From positions 27,423 through 91,422 of the forward strand of contig JAQURC010000003.1 in NCBI GenBank assembly GCA_028715785.1: a DNA stretch of 64,000 nucleotides, in the 5' to 3' direction. Both the position numbers and the translations under genes were made by a program. The DNA comes from Candidatus Omnitrophota bacterium (lineage in GTDB: Bacteria > Omnitrophota > Gorgyraeia > Gygaellales > Profunditerraquicolaceae). Below are positions 51,321-61,449 of this stretch, piece after piece. Below the pieces are notes generated by a model. The model searched no databases. It worked only from the letters and a program-made list of their open reading frames with translations, and was not told where the DNA came from. The stretch's first letter is position 1. Each line of letters starts with the position of its first letter.

Positions 51321-51883
51321 TTATACAGCTTCCTTTTATTGATGTAGTCAAAAACTTTATCCGGCACCAGGTACCTGAATGATTTATTTTCTTGAATACA
51401 CTGGCGCACCTCAAAACCTGAAACATCCACCGCCCGGATGGCCAAGGTCTGAATATAAGGCGGCAACTGCTGAAGCGGATATCCCGGCCGGGTAGCCGCG
51501 ATAAATTTTACCATTTTGATTATTTCGCTTAAATCCTTCCACTCGTTTAAATATTTAAGCAGGTCGGAGCCGATAATAAAATAAATTTCATCGCGGGTAA
51601 ATTTATTTTTTAATTCTTTTAAGGTATCGATTGTGTAAGAGCGGCCGGGGCGCCTGATTTCAATGTCCGAAACCGCAAAAAACTTATTCCCCTTAATCGC
51701 TAATTCCAGCATTTTCAAACGGTCGGCTGCGGGGGCGATATCCACATTGTCCTTATGCGGCGGCAGCGCCGTGGGGATAAAAATAATTTTATCCAGGGCC
51801 AACTTTTCCCTTACTTCTTCGGCCAAAATCAAATGTCCCAGGTGCACCGGATTAAAAGTCCCGCCAAGGATACCGATCTTCAT
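51317..51883 (-). CDS. nadD: Nicotinate-nucleotide adenylyltransferase
   Basis: IGILGGTFNPVHLGHL (H/T)xGH motif. 188 aa. Confidence 0.85.
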
Positions 51884-53136
51884 TGCCGGACCTGCCCTGT
51901 GCCAAAAACCATATATTTATAAGTAGTCAGCTCTTCGAGCCCCATCGGCCCGCGGGCGTGCAGTTTATCCGTTGAGATGCCGATCTCAGCGCCCATCCCG
52001 AACTGATTGCCGTCGGTAAAACGGGTCGAAGCGTTCAGGTAAACGCAGGCCGAATCCACTTCTTTTAAGAATTTTAAAGCGTTATCCTGATTATCCGTGA
52101 CAATGCTGTCTGAATGATGCGAGCCGTAATCGTTGATATGCCTGATCGCTTCATCCAGGCCATCAACCACCTTAACCGACAAGATTAAATCCAGGTACTC
52201 GGTGCGATAATCTTTGTCTGTAGCAACCTTTGCCCATTTAGCGATTTTCCTGGTAAAGGCGCATCCGCGGATCTGCACGCCGGCAGCTTTAAATTTTTTA
52301 AGCATCCCGGGCAAGAACCTGGCGGCAACATCGCGGTGCACCAGCATGCTTTCCATGGCATTACAGACTCCCGGCCGCTGCACCTTGGCATTAAAACAAA
52401 TGCTCTCTGCCATATTTAAATCCGCCCACTCGTCAACATAGACATGGCAGATGCCTTTATAATGCTTGATCACCGGTATACGCGATAACTTAACTACTTT
52501 ATTGATCAGCCCTTCTCCGCCGCGGGGGATCACCACATCGATATAATTATTCAACTTTAACAAAATATCCACCGCCTTATGGTCGCTGGTGTCAATTAAA
52601 TTGATTGCCCCGCAAGCGATAGCGTGTTTTTTCATTACGCCATTAAGCACTTTGTAAATGGCAAGATTGGAATTTAAGGATTCGCTGCCGCCGCGCAAAA
52701 TCAGGCTGTTTCCGGATTTAAAACACAGGCCGATACAATCCGCGGTGACATTGGGACGCGATTCATAAATTATGGCAATTACCCCGATAGGACAGCGCGC
52801 CTTTTGAATATGCAGTCCGCCGGGCGTACTCCAATCGGCCAGGACCTTTCCGACAGGATCTTCCAATTTAACAATATCGAGCAGAGAATCCGCCATCTGC
52901 CTGATTCTTTCCTCATTTAAAGAAAGGCGATCAATAAAAGAGCTGCTTTTGCCGGCCGATAGCGCGATATCTTTTTTATTCGCTTTCAAAATTACCTCTT
53001 TGTTGCCCAATAAAGCAGCGGCCATCTCGGCAAGCACTTTATCTTTGGCCTCTCTAGACAAGACAGCAAGCGCTCTTGATGCTGCCTGCGCTTTTTTGGC
53101 AATAGCCTCTATTTTCTTCTTAAGATCTTGTTTCAT
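51880..53136 (-). CDS. proA: Gamma-glutamyl phosphate reductase
   Basis: 418 aa aldehyde dehydrogenase-fold protein with ProA-typical motifs. Adjacent to proB. Confidence 0.9.
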   Translation of the reverse strand: MKQDLKKKIEAIAKKAQAASRALAVLSREAKDKVLAEMAAALLGNKEVILKANKKDIALSAGKSSSFIDRLSLNEERIRQMADSLLDIVKLEDPVGKVLADWSTPGGLHIQKARCPIGVIAIIYESRPNVTADCIGLCFKSGNSLILRGGSESLNSNLAIYKVLNGVMKKHAIACGAINLIDTSDHKAVDILLKLNNYIDVVIPRGGEGLINKVVKLSRIPVIKHYKGICHVYVDEWADLNMAESICFNAKVQRPGVCNAMESMLVHRDVAARFLPGMLKKFKAAGVQIRGCAFTRKIAKWAKVATDKDYRTEYLDLILSVKVVDGLDEAIRHINDYGSHHSDSIVTDNQDNALKFLKEVDSACVYLNASTRFTDGNQFGMGAEIGISTDKLHARGPMGLEELTTYKYMVFGTGQVRQ

Positions 53137-53906
53137 TTTTTCTTAGGTATAAATATAGTGCCGCGGCTGTAAGGGTCCAGCGCGACCCTGCTGATAATCC
53201 CTTTTTTGCCTCCGTTGGCAATTACGCAAGGAATTCCGGAATCAACGGCAATGGATGCTGCTTGGATTTTGGTGATCATGCCGCCGACACATTTCTTTTT
53301 ACTGGTCGGGCAAGCCAGGGATTTTATCGCCGGGGTTATCCTGCCAACCGAACGGATAACCTTCTTATCTTTGTCCAACAGCCCATCCACATCGGAAAGG
53401 ATAATCAATAGATCGGCATCCACCAATATGGAAACCAAAGCCGAAAGTTTGTCATTGTCGCCGAATTTAATCTCCTCGGTTGCCACCGTGTCGTTCTCGT
53501 TTATGATCGGCACGCACTTAAGCTCAAGCAGAGTATTCAAAGTATGTTTTGCGTTGAGATACCGGCGATCCGAAAAATCATCCCAGGTCAAAAGCAGTTG
53601 GGCGCAATTTATACCGTGCTTATTAAAAGCCAGCTTATAAATATGCATTAATTCATGCTGGCCGATAGCCGCGGTAGCCTGCAAATACGCAAGCTCCTTG
53701 GGACGGCTGGTTGTCTTTAAGATTGACATACCGATAGCGATTGCCCCCGAAGAAACAACCACCACCTCTTTGCCCTGCTTTACCAAAGCAGATATTTGAC
53801 AAGAGATATCATGAATTAAAGCAGTGTCTATTTTATGCTTATCCCCCGCGAAAATACTTGCCCCGATCTTTATTACGATCCTCTTATAATTTCTTGGCGA
53901 CCGCAT
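53133..53906 (-). CDS. proB: Glutamate 5-kinase (short form without PUA domain)
   Basis: RIVIKIGASI...VVVSSGAIAIG amino-acid kinase family. 257 aa. Confidence 0.85.
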   Translation of the reverse strand: MRSPRNYKRIVIKIGASIFAGDKHKIDTALIHDISCQISALVKQGKEVVVVSSGAIAIGMSILKTTSRPKELAYLQATAAIGQHELMHIYKLAFNKHGINCAQLLLTWDDFSDRRYLNAKHTLNTLLELKCVPIINENDTVATEEIKFGDNDKLSALVSILVDADLLIILSDVDGLLDKDKKVIRSVGRITPAIKSLACPTSKKKCVGGMITKIQAASIAVDSGIPCVIANGGKKGIISRVALDPYSRGTIFIPKKK

Positions 53907-54837
53907 CGACTAACTCCTCTAAATTTTTTTTCTCTAAAGCCGAAATCGGATAAACCGGTTTTTTGACCAATTTCTTAAATTTTTTCAGGTTTTCCTCTGC
54001 TCCGGGGATATCCATTTTATTGGCGCAGATCACCTGGGGTTTCTTATAGACCTCTTTGCCGTAATTCTTTAATTCCAAATTTATTTTTTTGTAATCATCA
54101 ACCGGTTCCCTGCCCTCAAAACCCGCCATATCGATCAAATGGATCAAAACTTTTGTCCGCTCGGCGTGTTTTAAGAATTTATCCCCTAATCCGCGGCCCT
54201 CCCAGGCTCCCTCGATTAAACCGGGGATATCGGCAATGACAAATCTTTTGTGCCTGCTGTTGACTACCCCTAAGATCGGAGCCGTCGTCGTAAAAGGATA
54301 AGCGGCAATCTTCGGGTGGGCATTGGAAACCGCGGAGATCAAAGTGGACTTGCCTGCATTAGGAAATCCGACCACCGCAACATCGGCCAGGAGTTTTAAA
54401 TCCAAAATAATTGTTTTTTCTTCTCCCGGCTCACCCGGTGTCGCTTCTTTACGATGCCAATTGCCTATGCCGCCCTTGCCTCCGCGGGCAACGATTACCT
54501 GATCGCCTTCGACATTCAGGTCGCGTAAAACAGATCCTGTTGCCTCATCTTTAATGATCGTGCCCAAAGGCACGCGCACGATTATATCCGCGGCCCCTTT
54601 ACCTTTTTTGTGGTTGCTTGAGCCATATCCGCCATGGGCGCCGAAAAAATGCCGGTGATGCTGAAAATCCAGAAGGGTAAGCAGGTTGGGATCCGCCTGA
54701 AAAATAATATCCGCCCCCTTACCCCCGTCTCCTCCGTCAGGGATCCCCCGGCGCTGGTATTTATCCCGATAAAGGCTTTGGCAGCCGCGGCCGCCATTGC
54801 CGGCGCGGATATTAATTTTAGCGCTGTCAATGAACAC
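53884..54837 (-). CDS. obg: GTPase Obg/CgtA
   Basis: MFIDSAKINIRAGNGGRGCQSLYRDKY...GGDGGKG Obg fold. G domain GFPNAGKST. Confidence 0.9.
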   Translation of the reverse strand: MFIDSAKINIRAGNGGRGCQSLYRDKYQRRGIPDGGDGGKGADIIFQADPNLLTLLDFQHHRHFFGAHGGYGSSNHKKGKGAADIIVRVPLGTIIKDEATGSVLRDLNVEGDQVIVARGGKGGIGNWHRKEATPGEPGEEKTIILDLKLLADVAVVGFPNAGKSTLISAVSNAHPKIAAYPFTTTAPILGVVNSRHKRFVIADIPGLIEGAWEGRGLGDKFLKHAERTKVLIHLIDMAGFEGREPVDDYKKINLELKNYGKEVYKKPQVICANKMDIPGAEENLKKFKKLVKKPVYPISALEKKNLEELVDAVAKKL

Positions 54838-54842
54838 TGGAT

Positions 54843-55160
54843 TTATAAACCTAACTCAATAGATTTAATCTTAAGCTCGGTAAGCTGCGGCCGATGCCCT
54901 TTTTCCCAGTGAGAGTTTTTTCTCCGGCGGTATTTATAAGCGGTGGTTTTTTCACCCAGCGTCTGCCTTAAGACCGTTGCTTCCACCTTGGCCCCTTTAA
55001 CATAAGGAGTGCCAATCTCAACTTTCTTGTCCTTGGAGACCAATAAAACCTTATCGATGATAAGATTATCCCCTGAAGCTGCCGTCTCTTTATTAACCTC
55101 GATAATATCATCTTTTTTTACATTATACTGTTTTGAGCCAACTTCAATTACTGCATACAT
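54843..55160 (-). CDS. rplU: 50S ribosomal protein L21
   Basis: MYAVIEVGSKQYNVKKDDII canonical L21 start. 105 aa. Confidence 0.9.
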   Translation of the reverse strand: MYAVIEVGSKQYNVKKDDIIEVNKETAASGDNLIIDKVLLVSKDKKVEIGTPYVKGAKVEATVLRQTLGEKTTAYKYRRRKNSHWEKGHRPQLTELKIKSIELGL

Positions 55161-55196
55161 TTGTTATCCTCCTTTAAAATGAATCCGCCAAAACAA

Positions 55197-55250
55197 GGGG
55201 ACGGTTCTATTTTTCAATCAAATCAGGAGACGAAAAATAGAACCGTCCCC
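55197..55250. repeat. Family D hairpin element GGGGACGGTTCTATTTTTC-(16 nt)-GAAAAATAGAACCGTCCCC between rng and rplU; may also act as the rng terminator
   Basis: Read directly. 19-bp perfect stem. Confidence 0.6.
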
Positions 55251-55298
55251 TGGATTTTCACCTAAGAACTTTATATTATATACCCGCTGATTTTGGGG

Positions 55299-56741
55299 TC
55301 AAGCTATTTTGATGTCTTCCAGGTGCGCGGTAGGGTTGGAGATAAGGCTGATCTTAGTCCTATATTTATGCTCAACTGCGCGCAGGGCCTCCTTATCTTT
55401 TAAGATTTCATCGATCACCGGCGGAGCCAAAGTAACCGAGACCTGTTTTAAGGTTTTGCCCTTAAGATAACGCTTAAGTTCTTTTAAGGCGAAAATTCCC
55501 AGGGTTTGCGGTGAACGCAGTTTACCTTTGCCCTTACAATACGGGCAGGGATGAAAAGAAAGCATCTGCACGGTCTTATGTATCCGTTCACGGGTCATCT
55601 CCACTATTCCAAACTTAGAAATCCCCAGAATATCATACTTTGCCCGGTCGCTGGATAAAGCGTTTTTCAAAATATTCAGCAATTCCCGGCGGTGGCCTTC
55701 CCGCTCCATATCGATAAAATCGATCACGATAATACCGCCTAAATCCCGCAGCACAAGCTGCCGGGCGATCTCAACCGCTGCCTCGGCGTTAACCTTAAAA
55801 GCCATGTCCTCCTGATTGACCTTTTTCTTAAAGCCTCCGCTATTCACATCGATTACAACCAACCCTTCAGTCGGCTCAATAATCAGGTAAGCCTTGGATT
55901 TCAAGTAGACATGGCTCTCAAAAATATGATTAATTTGTTTTTCCACGTCTTTTGCGCCAAAAAGGTCATCTCCCTTATAAAGTTCGACTTTTTTGCACAG
56001 GTAACTTAAAAAAGTGCGCATAAAATGCTGGATGCGGTAAAATTCAGGCTTGGAATCAACAATAAGTTTGGTAACATCTTCGGTAAAGGAATCGCGGATT
56101 GCCCGCAGGGTTAAATCGTATTCCTCATAAACTAAAGCCGGAGCTTTCTTGCCTTGGGCGCTTTTTTCCACGCGTTTCCACAATTTATAAAGAAATTGGG
56201 CGTCGCGGGTTAGCTCCTGCTGGCTTCTCCCGCTGGAGGCAGTACGCACAATAAAGCCTACCGGGTCAGGAAATTTCAAACCCTTAAAAATTTCACGCAG
56301 GCGTTTTCTTTCAGCCTCATCCTCAATGCGGCGGGAAATTCCGCCCTGTTTATCCAGCGGCATGATCACCAGGTACCTGCCGGCCAAACCAATCTGCGTG
56401 GAAAGGCGCGGCCCCTTGGTCCCGAAAGACTCTTTAACTACCTGGACTAAAACTTCCTGTCCTTTTTTTACTTCTTTGATCGGAGTCTGCTGCGGGGCTT
56501 CCAAAGACTCATAAGCGGATTCAATCTCGGATAGATACAAGAAACCATTTTTAGGCAAGCCGATATCCACAAAGGCCGCCCCGATAGACGGCATCACCGC
56601 CTCGATCCTTCCCTTATAGATATTGCCGACGATGGTGCGGTCCTGCGGGCGCTCGATATGAAATTCCAAAAGCAGCCCGTTGTCAACTATGGCAACACGT
56701 TTTTCCTGCGTTTCAACATTAATTAAAATTTCCTTGGACAT
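55299..56741 (-). CDS. rng: Ribonuclease G (RNase E/G family)
   Basis: S1 domain N-terminus (GNIYKGRIEAVMPSIGAAFVDIG), DNase-I-like catalytic region, about 480 aa. Confidence 0.85.
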   Translation of the reverse strand: MSKEILINVETQEKRVAIVDNGLLLEFHIERPQDRTIVGNIYKGRIEAVMPSIGAAFVDIGLPKNGFLYLSEIESAYESLEAPQQTPIKEVKKGQEVLVQVVKESFGTKGPRLSTQIGLAGRYLVIMPLDKQGGISRRIEDEAERKRLREIFKGLKFPDPVGFIVRTASSGRSQQELTRDAQFLYKLWKRVEKSAQGKKAPALVYEEYDLTLRAIRDSFTEDVTKLIVDSKPEFYRIQHFMRTFLSYLCKKVELYKGDDLFGAKDVEKQINHIFESHVYLKSKAYLIIEPTEGLVVIDVNSGGFKKKVNQEDMAFKVNAEAAVEIARQLVLRDLGGIIVIDFIDMEREGHRRELLNILKNALSSDRAKYDILGISKFGIVEMTRERIHKTVQMLSFHPCPYCKGKGKLRSPQTLGIFALKELKRYLKGKTLKQVSVTLAPPVIDEILKDKEALRAVEHKYRTKISLISNPTAHLEDIKIA

Positions 56742-57024
56742 CTTTTACCTGGATCCCTTCTGGTAATTGTTTTTGCAGCCTATCCCTAAAATCAACGGGG
56801 GCAACCGGAAACCTTAATACCACAGAAGCCTCTTCGGATTCGCTCTCTACTCCCAACTTTAACGCCCTCTTAAAACTTAATCTGGGGTGCGGGCTGAACC
56901 CCTCTGACATTTTTAAGGGGAGCTTGGCGCGGCGCATAGCGCGCATAAATAGGCGCATCAGGTCTAAATGCGAAATATAACGCATCAGGCCTTTTTTAGA
57001 AAAATTAAAATTTACTCTATACAT
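56719..57024 (-). CDS. DUF2344 (TIGR03936-like) protein, short 101-aa form
   Basis: YISHLDLMRLFMRAMRRAKLPL...FSPHPRLSF matches the DUF2344 N-terminal region. Typical members are about 230 aa. Confidence 0.5.
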   Translation of the reverse strand: MYRVNFNFSKKGLMRYISHLDLMRLFMRAMRRAKLPLKMSEGFSPHPRLSFKRALKLGVESESEEASVVLRFPVAPVDFRDRLQKQLPEGIQVKDVQGNFN

Positions 57025-57095
57025 AAAAATATAAGAACCCCATTTCCCGATTAGCTTCGAAACAGTTTCGAGGCTAAAGGGGAAATGGGGGCATA

Positions 57096-58829
57096 TTATT
57101 TCTTTTTCTTCTTCCTATCTGCCGGCTCAGCCTTGACCACTACCGGCTCATTACGCTCCAATCTTTTTTCTAACTTTGTGATTTCCTCGGGAGTAAACTC
57201 ACCTTCCCTAACTATCCTGGCTTTGATAAAAATCAAAAGATCGATCTTGGTGGTATGAGTCGTTTCCCGGCCAAAAAACTTTCCTAAACCCCAGGGAAGA
57301 TCTTTTAAGAAAGGGATCCCGATAAACTCTTTCGCCTTAACATCCTTAAGCAAACCGCCGATTACAACAGTCTCTCCATCCCTAAGCAGCACCTGTGTCT
57401 GGGCTTCGCGCACATCGATAACCGGATAACTTGTGGTTGTCGTAGCGCCTCCGGCAGTAGAACTGGCTGTAATACTGGAAGTAGAAGAAGTAATGCTGGG
57501 ATGAATGATCATATTAATATAGCCTTCTTCGCTTATCTGAGGCACGACATTTAAACGAATGCCTATTTCCTGATAATAATCTAATGTCTGGGTAACTGTT
57601 GCCCCTGTCCCGGATGTAGCCGTGCCTGCGGTAACCGTGGAAGCTAATATGGGGGTATGATAACCCACCAACATCGATGCTTCCTGGTTATCAAGGGTAA
57701 GAACGCTTGGCGCGGATAAGGTATTCGTATTGGCATCATCCTCCAGGGCATGTATAACTGCTTCAAATTTTGTTCCGGTCAGTTTCTGGAATACAAACTC
57801 CGCCCCTGCGTTATAAGGCTCATATCCTAAGATTGTGGTTGTTGCCGGGCTAAACACAGAAGGCTTCAACGGGTTTGTAGTTGTAGTGATGGTGCCTCCA
57901 TGGCCTCCTATATCTTTACCATTAGCAACTTCCTGCATCGTAATCGTATTTGACCTGGCGGTATTATTGCCGCCTAAACCCCAATCAACGCCAAGATCCC
58001 TCAACTTATCCCGGTTAACCTCGATAATTTTAGTCTCAATAAGCACCTGTTTGGGTTTAACATCAATCTTGGGTAAAATGATATTACGTATTCTATCGAG
58101 AGTACTGGCTGTATCGGTAATCACCAGAATCTTGGATTTTACGGAAGGATCAAACTCCGCCTTCTTCATTACTGTCTCTCCGGTAGCGCTCTTCTCATAA
58201 GAAACCGTTTCGGACTTAATCTCTCCGGCTGATTCCTTTACTAAAGTTGCGCTGGAACTTTCCGTTTCTTTACCGATTTGAAATGTCCCAAACTTCCAAC
58301 CCTTTTGGCCGCGGGTATATAGAACCGATATCCTTCCGCGCGGAGAAAGCAAAGGAATAATAATTTTTTGCGCATCCTGGGCATCTAAAAATTTAAGCGT
58401 GATAATCTCCGTCTGTAAAGGCTCCTCGGAGGCGATCTTGGCCACATTTTCTACCTTAGTGACCAGGATAACATTACCCTGCCTCTGGTAGCCAAAACCA
58501 TAAGTCTTTAAGATTACATCCAGGGCCATCTCCCAGGGCACATCGCTCAGGCGCACCGAAATATTGCCGATAACATCCGGAGTAGTTACGATATTTATTC
58601 CGGATTTATAAGAGATAATTTTAAGGACATTGTTGATATCCGCCTCCCTAAAATCAAAAGTCACGTTTCCCGCACCCGTATAAGGGATACCTCCAGTTTC
58701 TGCCACAGGCACCTGTTGTATCGGCAGCGCTTTGGCCAGATCGGGCCCGCTTTGCGTATCCTTAGCCTCCTGCGCGGCAAAAGCAAAACAATAAAAAGTA
58801 AAAATAAATATTAAAAATATTTTTTTCAC
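57096..58829 (-). CDS. pilQ: Type IV pilus secretin
   Basis: C-terminal secretin domain (VVIGGLLKDVKAKEFIGIPFLKDLPWGLGKFFG). N-terminal signal peptide. Confidence 0.85.
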   Translation of the reverse strand: MKKIFLIFIFTFYCFAFAAQEAKDTQSGPDLAKALPIQQVPVAETGGIPYTGAGNVTFDFREADINNVLKIISYKSGINIVTTPDVIGNISVRLSDVPWEMALDVILKTYGFGYQRQGNVILVTKVENVAKIASEEPLQTEIITLKFLDAQDAQKIIIPLLSPRGRISVLYTRGQKGWKFGTFQIGKETESSSATLVKESAGEIKSETVSYEKSATGETVMKKAEFDPSVKSKILVITDTASTLDRIRNIILPKIDVKPKQVLIETKIIEVNRDKLRDLGVDWGLGGNNTARSNTITMQEVANGKDIGGHGGTITTTTNPLKPSVFSPATTTILGYEPYNAGAEFVFQKLTGTKFEAVIHALEDDANTNTLSAPSVLTLDNQEASMLVGYHTPILASTVTAGTATSGTGATVTQTLDYYQEIGIRLNVVPQISEEGYINMIIHPSITSSTSSITASSTAGGATTTTSYPVIDVREAQTQVLLRDGETVVIGGLLKDVKAKEFIGIPFLKDLPWGLGKFFGRETTHTTKIDLLIFIKARIVREGEFTPEEITKLEKRLERNEPVVVKAEPADRKKKKK

Positions 58830-59194
58830 CTTGTTTCCTCCTTGGTTAATTCTACCTCCAAAGGCTGGCCATCTTTAATAAAAACTACCTTATTTTCAAA
58901 AATTTTCAAAACCTGATAATCCCCGACGGTATCTCCGATCCCCACTACGGAGGCGTTAACTATGGCAAAGCAACGGCCCAGCTTATCATAAATGATCCCT
59001 TCTATCGCTATGCCCCCCGAAGCGGCAGCCTCTTGTTTATCGAGTTTAAGCAGCCTGCCTTCGGCAGTTACCAGCGGGATAAAAGGATTGCGCCTGCCTT
59101 TGGCATCATAAACAAATTCACCCTGGCCAAAAACCAGAGTCAGGAACCCCAAAAACAAAAAGAATGAAAATAAAAATTTCTTATTTACTGACAT
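58826..59194 (-). CDS. pilP: Pilus assembly protein PilP-like
   Basis: Signal peptide. RNPF motif. Position between pilO and pilQ. Confidence 0.55.
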   Translation of the reverse strand: MSVNKKFLFSFFLFLGFLTLVFGQGEFVYDAKGRRNPFIPLVTAEGRLLKLDKQEAAASGGIAIEGIIYDKLGRCFAIVNASVVGIGDTVGDYQVLKIFENKVVFIKDGQPLEVELTKEETR

Positions 59195-59741
59195 ATGTCC
59201 GAATGACCAAGCTGACTTTTTGTTTCAGATAATCCGGCATCCGCGCCGAAATCTTCAGCTCAGCCACTCCCATAAAGACCGGTGAATTTTCCAGGCTGTG
59301 AATAAACTTACCCAGGCTATGGTAATCACAGATTAAATCCAAGTTAATTAGGACCGGGGCAAGCTTGCCGGCGGCAACAGCTGATTTTTCTGTTTCACGG
59401 CTGGTCCGAATCTGCATAATTCTTACATCGAATTTATTCGCCTCGCTTGAAATATCCCGCAGAAGCCCGGAGACACGGCTTTCGGCAATCAGCTTAGAAG
59501 ACCTGTTGGCTGCCTTGTAAGATTCCAAAACAGGCCTGCTTTTAAAAGCGCGCATATCCTCCAGATCACGATTCAAATTTTTAAGATCCTTTTCAAAACG
59601 GCTAATTTTGGGATCCAGGCTTTTTAATCCGGCAACCTGGGCCTTTAAGATATAATTGGCCTCCACATAAACAATAAAGACGCAAAATATGATGATTAAT
59701 ATTTTTTTCTGTTTATCTAATTGTATATTGGCCAGGTTCAT
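59181..59741 (-). CDS. pilO: Pilus assembly protein PilO
   Basis: Single TM plus coiled-coil. Gene order pilMNOPQ. Confidence 0.6.
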   Translation of the reverse strand: MNLANIQLDKQKKILIIIFCVFIVYVEANYILKAQVAGLKSLDPKISRFEKDLKNLNRDLEDMRAFKSRPVLESYKAANRSSKLIAESRVSGLLRDISSEANKFDVRIMQIRTSRETEKSAVAAGKLAPVLINLDLICDYHSLGKFIHSLENSPVFMGVAELKISARMPDYLKQKVSLVIRTYVSK

Positions 59742-60343
59742 TTGGATTTCAAAGCTCCTACCAAGACAAAATCCGCGACATCATAGCTTCCGATATTCCT
59801 TTTCTGCGCGTTACTTAATTCAAAATTTGAAAAATCCTTGAAAAATTCTTTATCTGACTTTAAGTTATCCAACAGCTTGTTAACCAGGACAAGCTCCTCC
59901 TTTTGTAACGAAATAACCGAACCCTGAATAATGAGATTCTGCTTGCCCAGCGACAGGTCATTAAACCAGACTCCGGCGGGTAAATTCAGGCTTAATTTAT
60001 TTAATTTCTGCGCCCAGAGAATCCTTTGGCTGATTAAAAACTGCGTCAGGCCGGCATCCTGAGAAACCGCTGAATACTGCCGGTTGAATTCATCCAGTAT
60101 TTTTTTCCGCGGCTCAAGGGCCGTCCATTTACGCTTTAAAGAAGCCAGCTGTCCGCCTTTAGCTATGCCGATTACCGCAAAATAAAGATGCGCTAAAATA
60201 AATAATCCCAGTAAAACAGGAATGGCATAAATAAACAACTTGTCCCGGCTAACCCCTGTCATGGTCGTTACCATAACCTGCTCAAGGGTTTTTTCCTTAG
60301 TTTTAACTCTTAGTTCCTGGGGTAATAAATTTATCTCGATCAT
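59738..60343 (-). CDS. pilN: Pilus assembly protein PilN
   Basis: MIEINLLPQELR canonical PilN N-terminus. Confidence 0.7.
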   Translation of the reverse strand: MIEINLLPQELRVKTKEKTLEQVMVTTMTGVSRDKLFIYAIPVLLGLFILAHLYFAVIGIAKGGQLASLKRKWTALEPRKKILDEFNRQYSAVSQDAGLTQFLISQRILWAQKLNKLSLNLPAGVWFNDLSLGKQNLIIQGSVISLQKEELVLVNKLLDNLKSDKEFFKDFSNFELSNAQKRNIGSYDVADFVLVGALKSK

Positions 60344-61446
60344 CTTTGGCGTAAAGCCAGGCCTACGGCAACATTAAACTGACCGGAAAAATTGTTTAAT
60401 CTCTGCGCGTCTATTTTATCGGAGATCTTTATCTGCTTAAACGCATCCCAAGGCTCTACCGGGATGCCTAAACAGGCAGATAACATCTCGGTTAAACCGG
60501 CTATTTTACTCCCTCCGCCGCTTAAGAATATCTTGGCCACGCTTGAGGAGTTCTGGCTTTCGTAATAATCAAATGACGTGCGGATCTCTGCCGCTAAATT
60601 TATAAGCACGCTCTCCACGCCGGCCTTAACCTTATTGGCTCTTTCAGGATCCGGATTGTGGCTTTGGCTATCCGTAGCCAAACCACCGCCCTCTGGCTTG
60701 TGGCTTTGGCTATCTGTAGCCAAACCACCGCCCTCTGGCTTGATTTTAAGCGCTTCGGCGGCTTTAAAATCCAGCTCAAAAATATCCATAATCTTCCTGG
60801 TAAAATTTGCTCCCGCGGAATGGATATCGCGGCTTAAACGCGGTATCCTGTTATCAAGGATATTGACATTGCTGATTGAAGCCCCGATATTCAAAAGGCA
60901 AATGGACTTGTTCTCCGGCACATCGATTTTAGGATAATTAAAATTAAACGCGTTAACCAGCGCTATCGAATCAATATCAATGATATTAGGCCTTAATCCG
61001 GCATTTTCAAGGGTTTTATGCCTTTGCCGCATCAATTCTTTTTTGATCGCGGCGATCAAGACAAGCATCTTGTTTTCAGGCAAGTCGTTTTTGAGGATTT
61101 CGGCATCTAGATCAACCTCGTCGATGGAAAAAGGAATATGTTTCTGGGCCTCGAACTTAAGCGCCTGTTTAAGCTCGGCTTTATTCATCCGCAGAAAATT
61201 TACATAACGGATAACCGTGGATGAGCCGCAAAAAGAAATGTTTACCAGATCGGCATCCTGGGCGTGCCTGATCTTCTTCAGCGCCTCCGTCGGATCAAGC
61301 TGGCCCTCCTCAAAGTCAAAATTAACCAGCTCGACAGCTTCGTTAATTTTTAATTTTACGCATTTGATCGACTGCGTGCCGATATCCAGGCCGATACTGA
61401 ACTTTTCTTTTGCTTTAGGAAATCCTATTTTAGAAAAAATATTCAT
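60340..61446 (-). CDS. pilM: Type IV pilus assembly ATPase-like protein PilM (actin-like fold), with an in-frame 28-aa tandem-repeat insertion
   Basis: IGLDIGTQSIKCVKL N-terminus. Insertion (PEGGGLATDSQSHK)x2 encoded by a 42-bp tandem repeat. Confidence 0.8.
   Translation of the reverse strand: MNIFSKIGFPKAKEKFSIGLDIGTQSIKCVKLKINEAVELVNFDFEEGQLDPTEALKKIRHAQDADLVNISFCGSSTVIRYVNFLRMNKAELKQALKFEAQKHIPFSIDEVDLDAEILKNDLPENKMLVLIAAIKKELMRQRHKTLENAGLRPNIIDIDSIALVNAFNFNYPKIDVPENKSICLLNIGASISNVNILDNRIPRLSRDIHSAGANFTRKIMDIFELDFKAAEALKIKPEGGGLATDSQSHKPEGGGLATDSQSHNPDPERANKVKAGVESVLINLAAEIRTSFDYYESQNSSSVAKIFLSGGGSKIAGLTEMLSACLGIPVEPWDAFKQIKISDKIDAQRLNNFSGQFNVAVGLALRQR
60657..60740. repeat. Family E: 42-bp tandem direct repeat x2 (GTGGCTTTGGCTATC(C/T)GTAGCCAAACCACCGCCCTCTGGCTT), each unit with a TTTGGCTA-TCCG-TAGCCAAA hairpin, inside pilM
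   Basis: Read directly. One mismatch between the two units. Confidence 0.7.
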
Positions 61447-61449
61447 CGT

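Noticed and set aside
60657-60740. Possible CRISPR array (direct repeats inside pilM)
   Set aside because: Only two adjacent 42-bp units with no spacers between them. Both are in frame within a protein-coding gene. This is a tandem duplication or hairpin repeat, not CRISPR.
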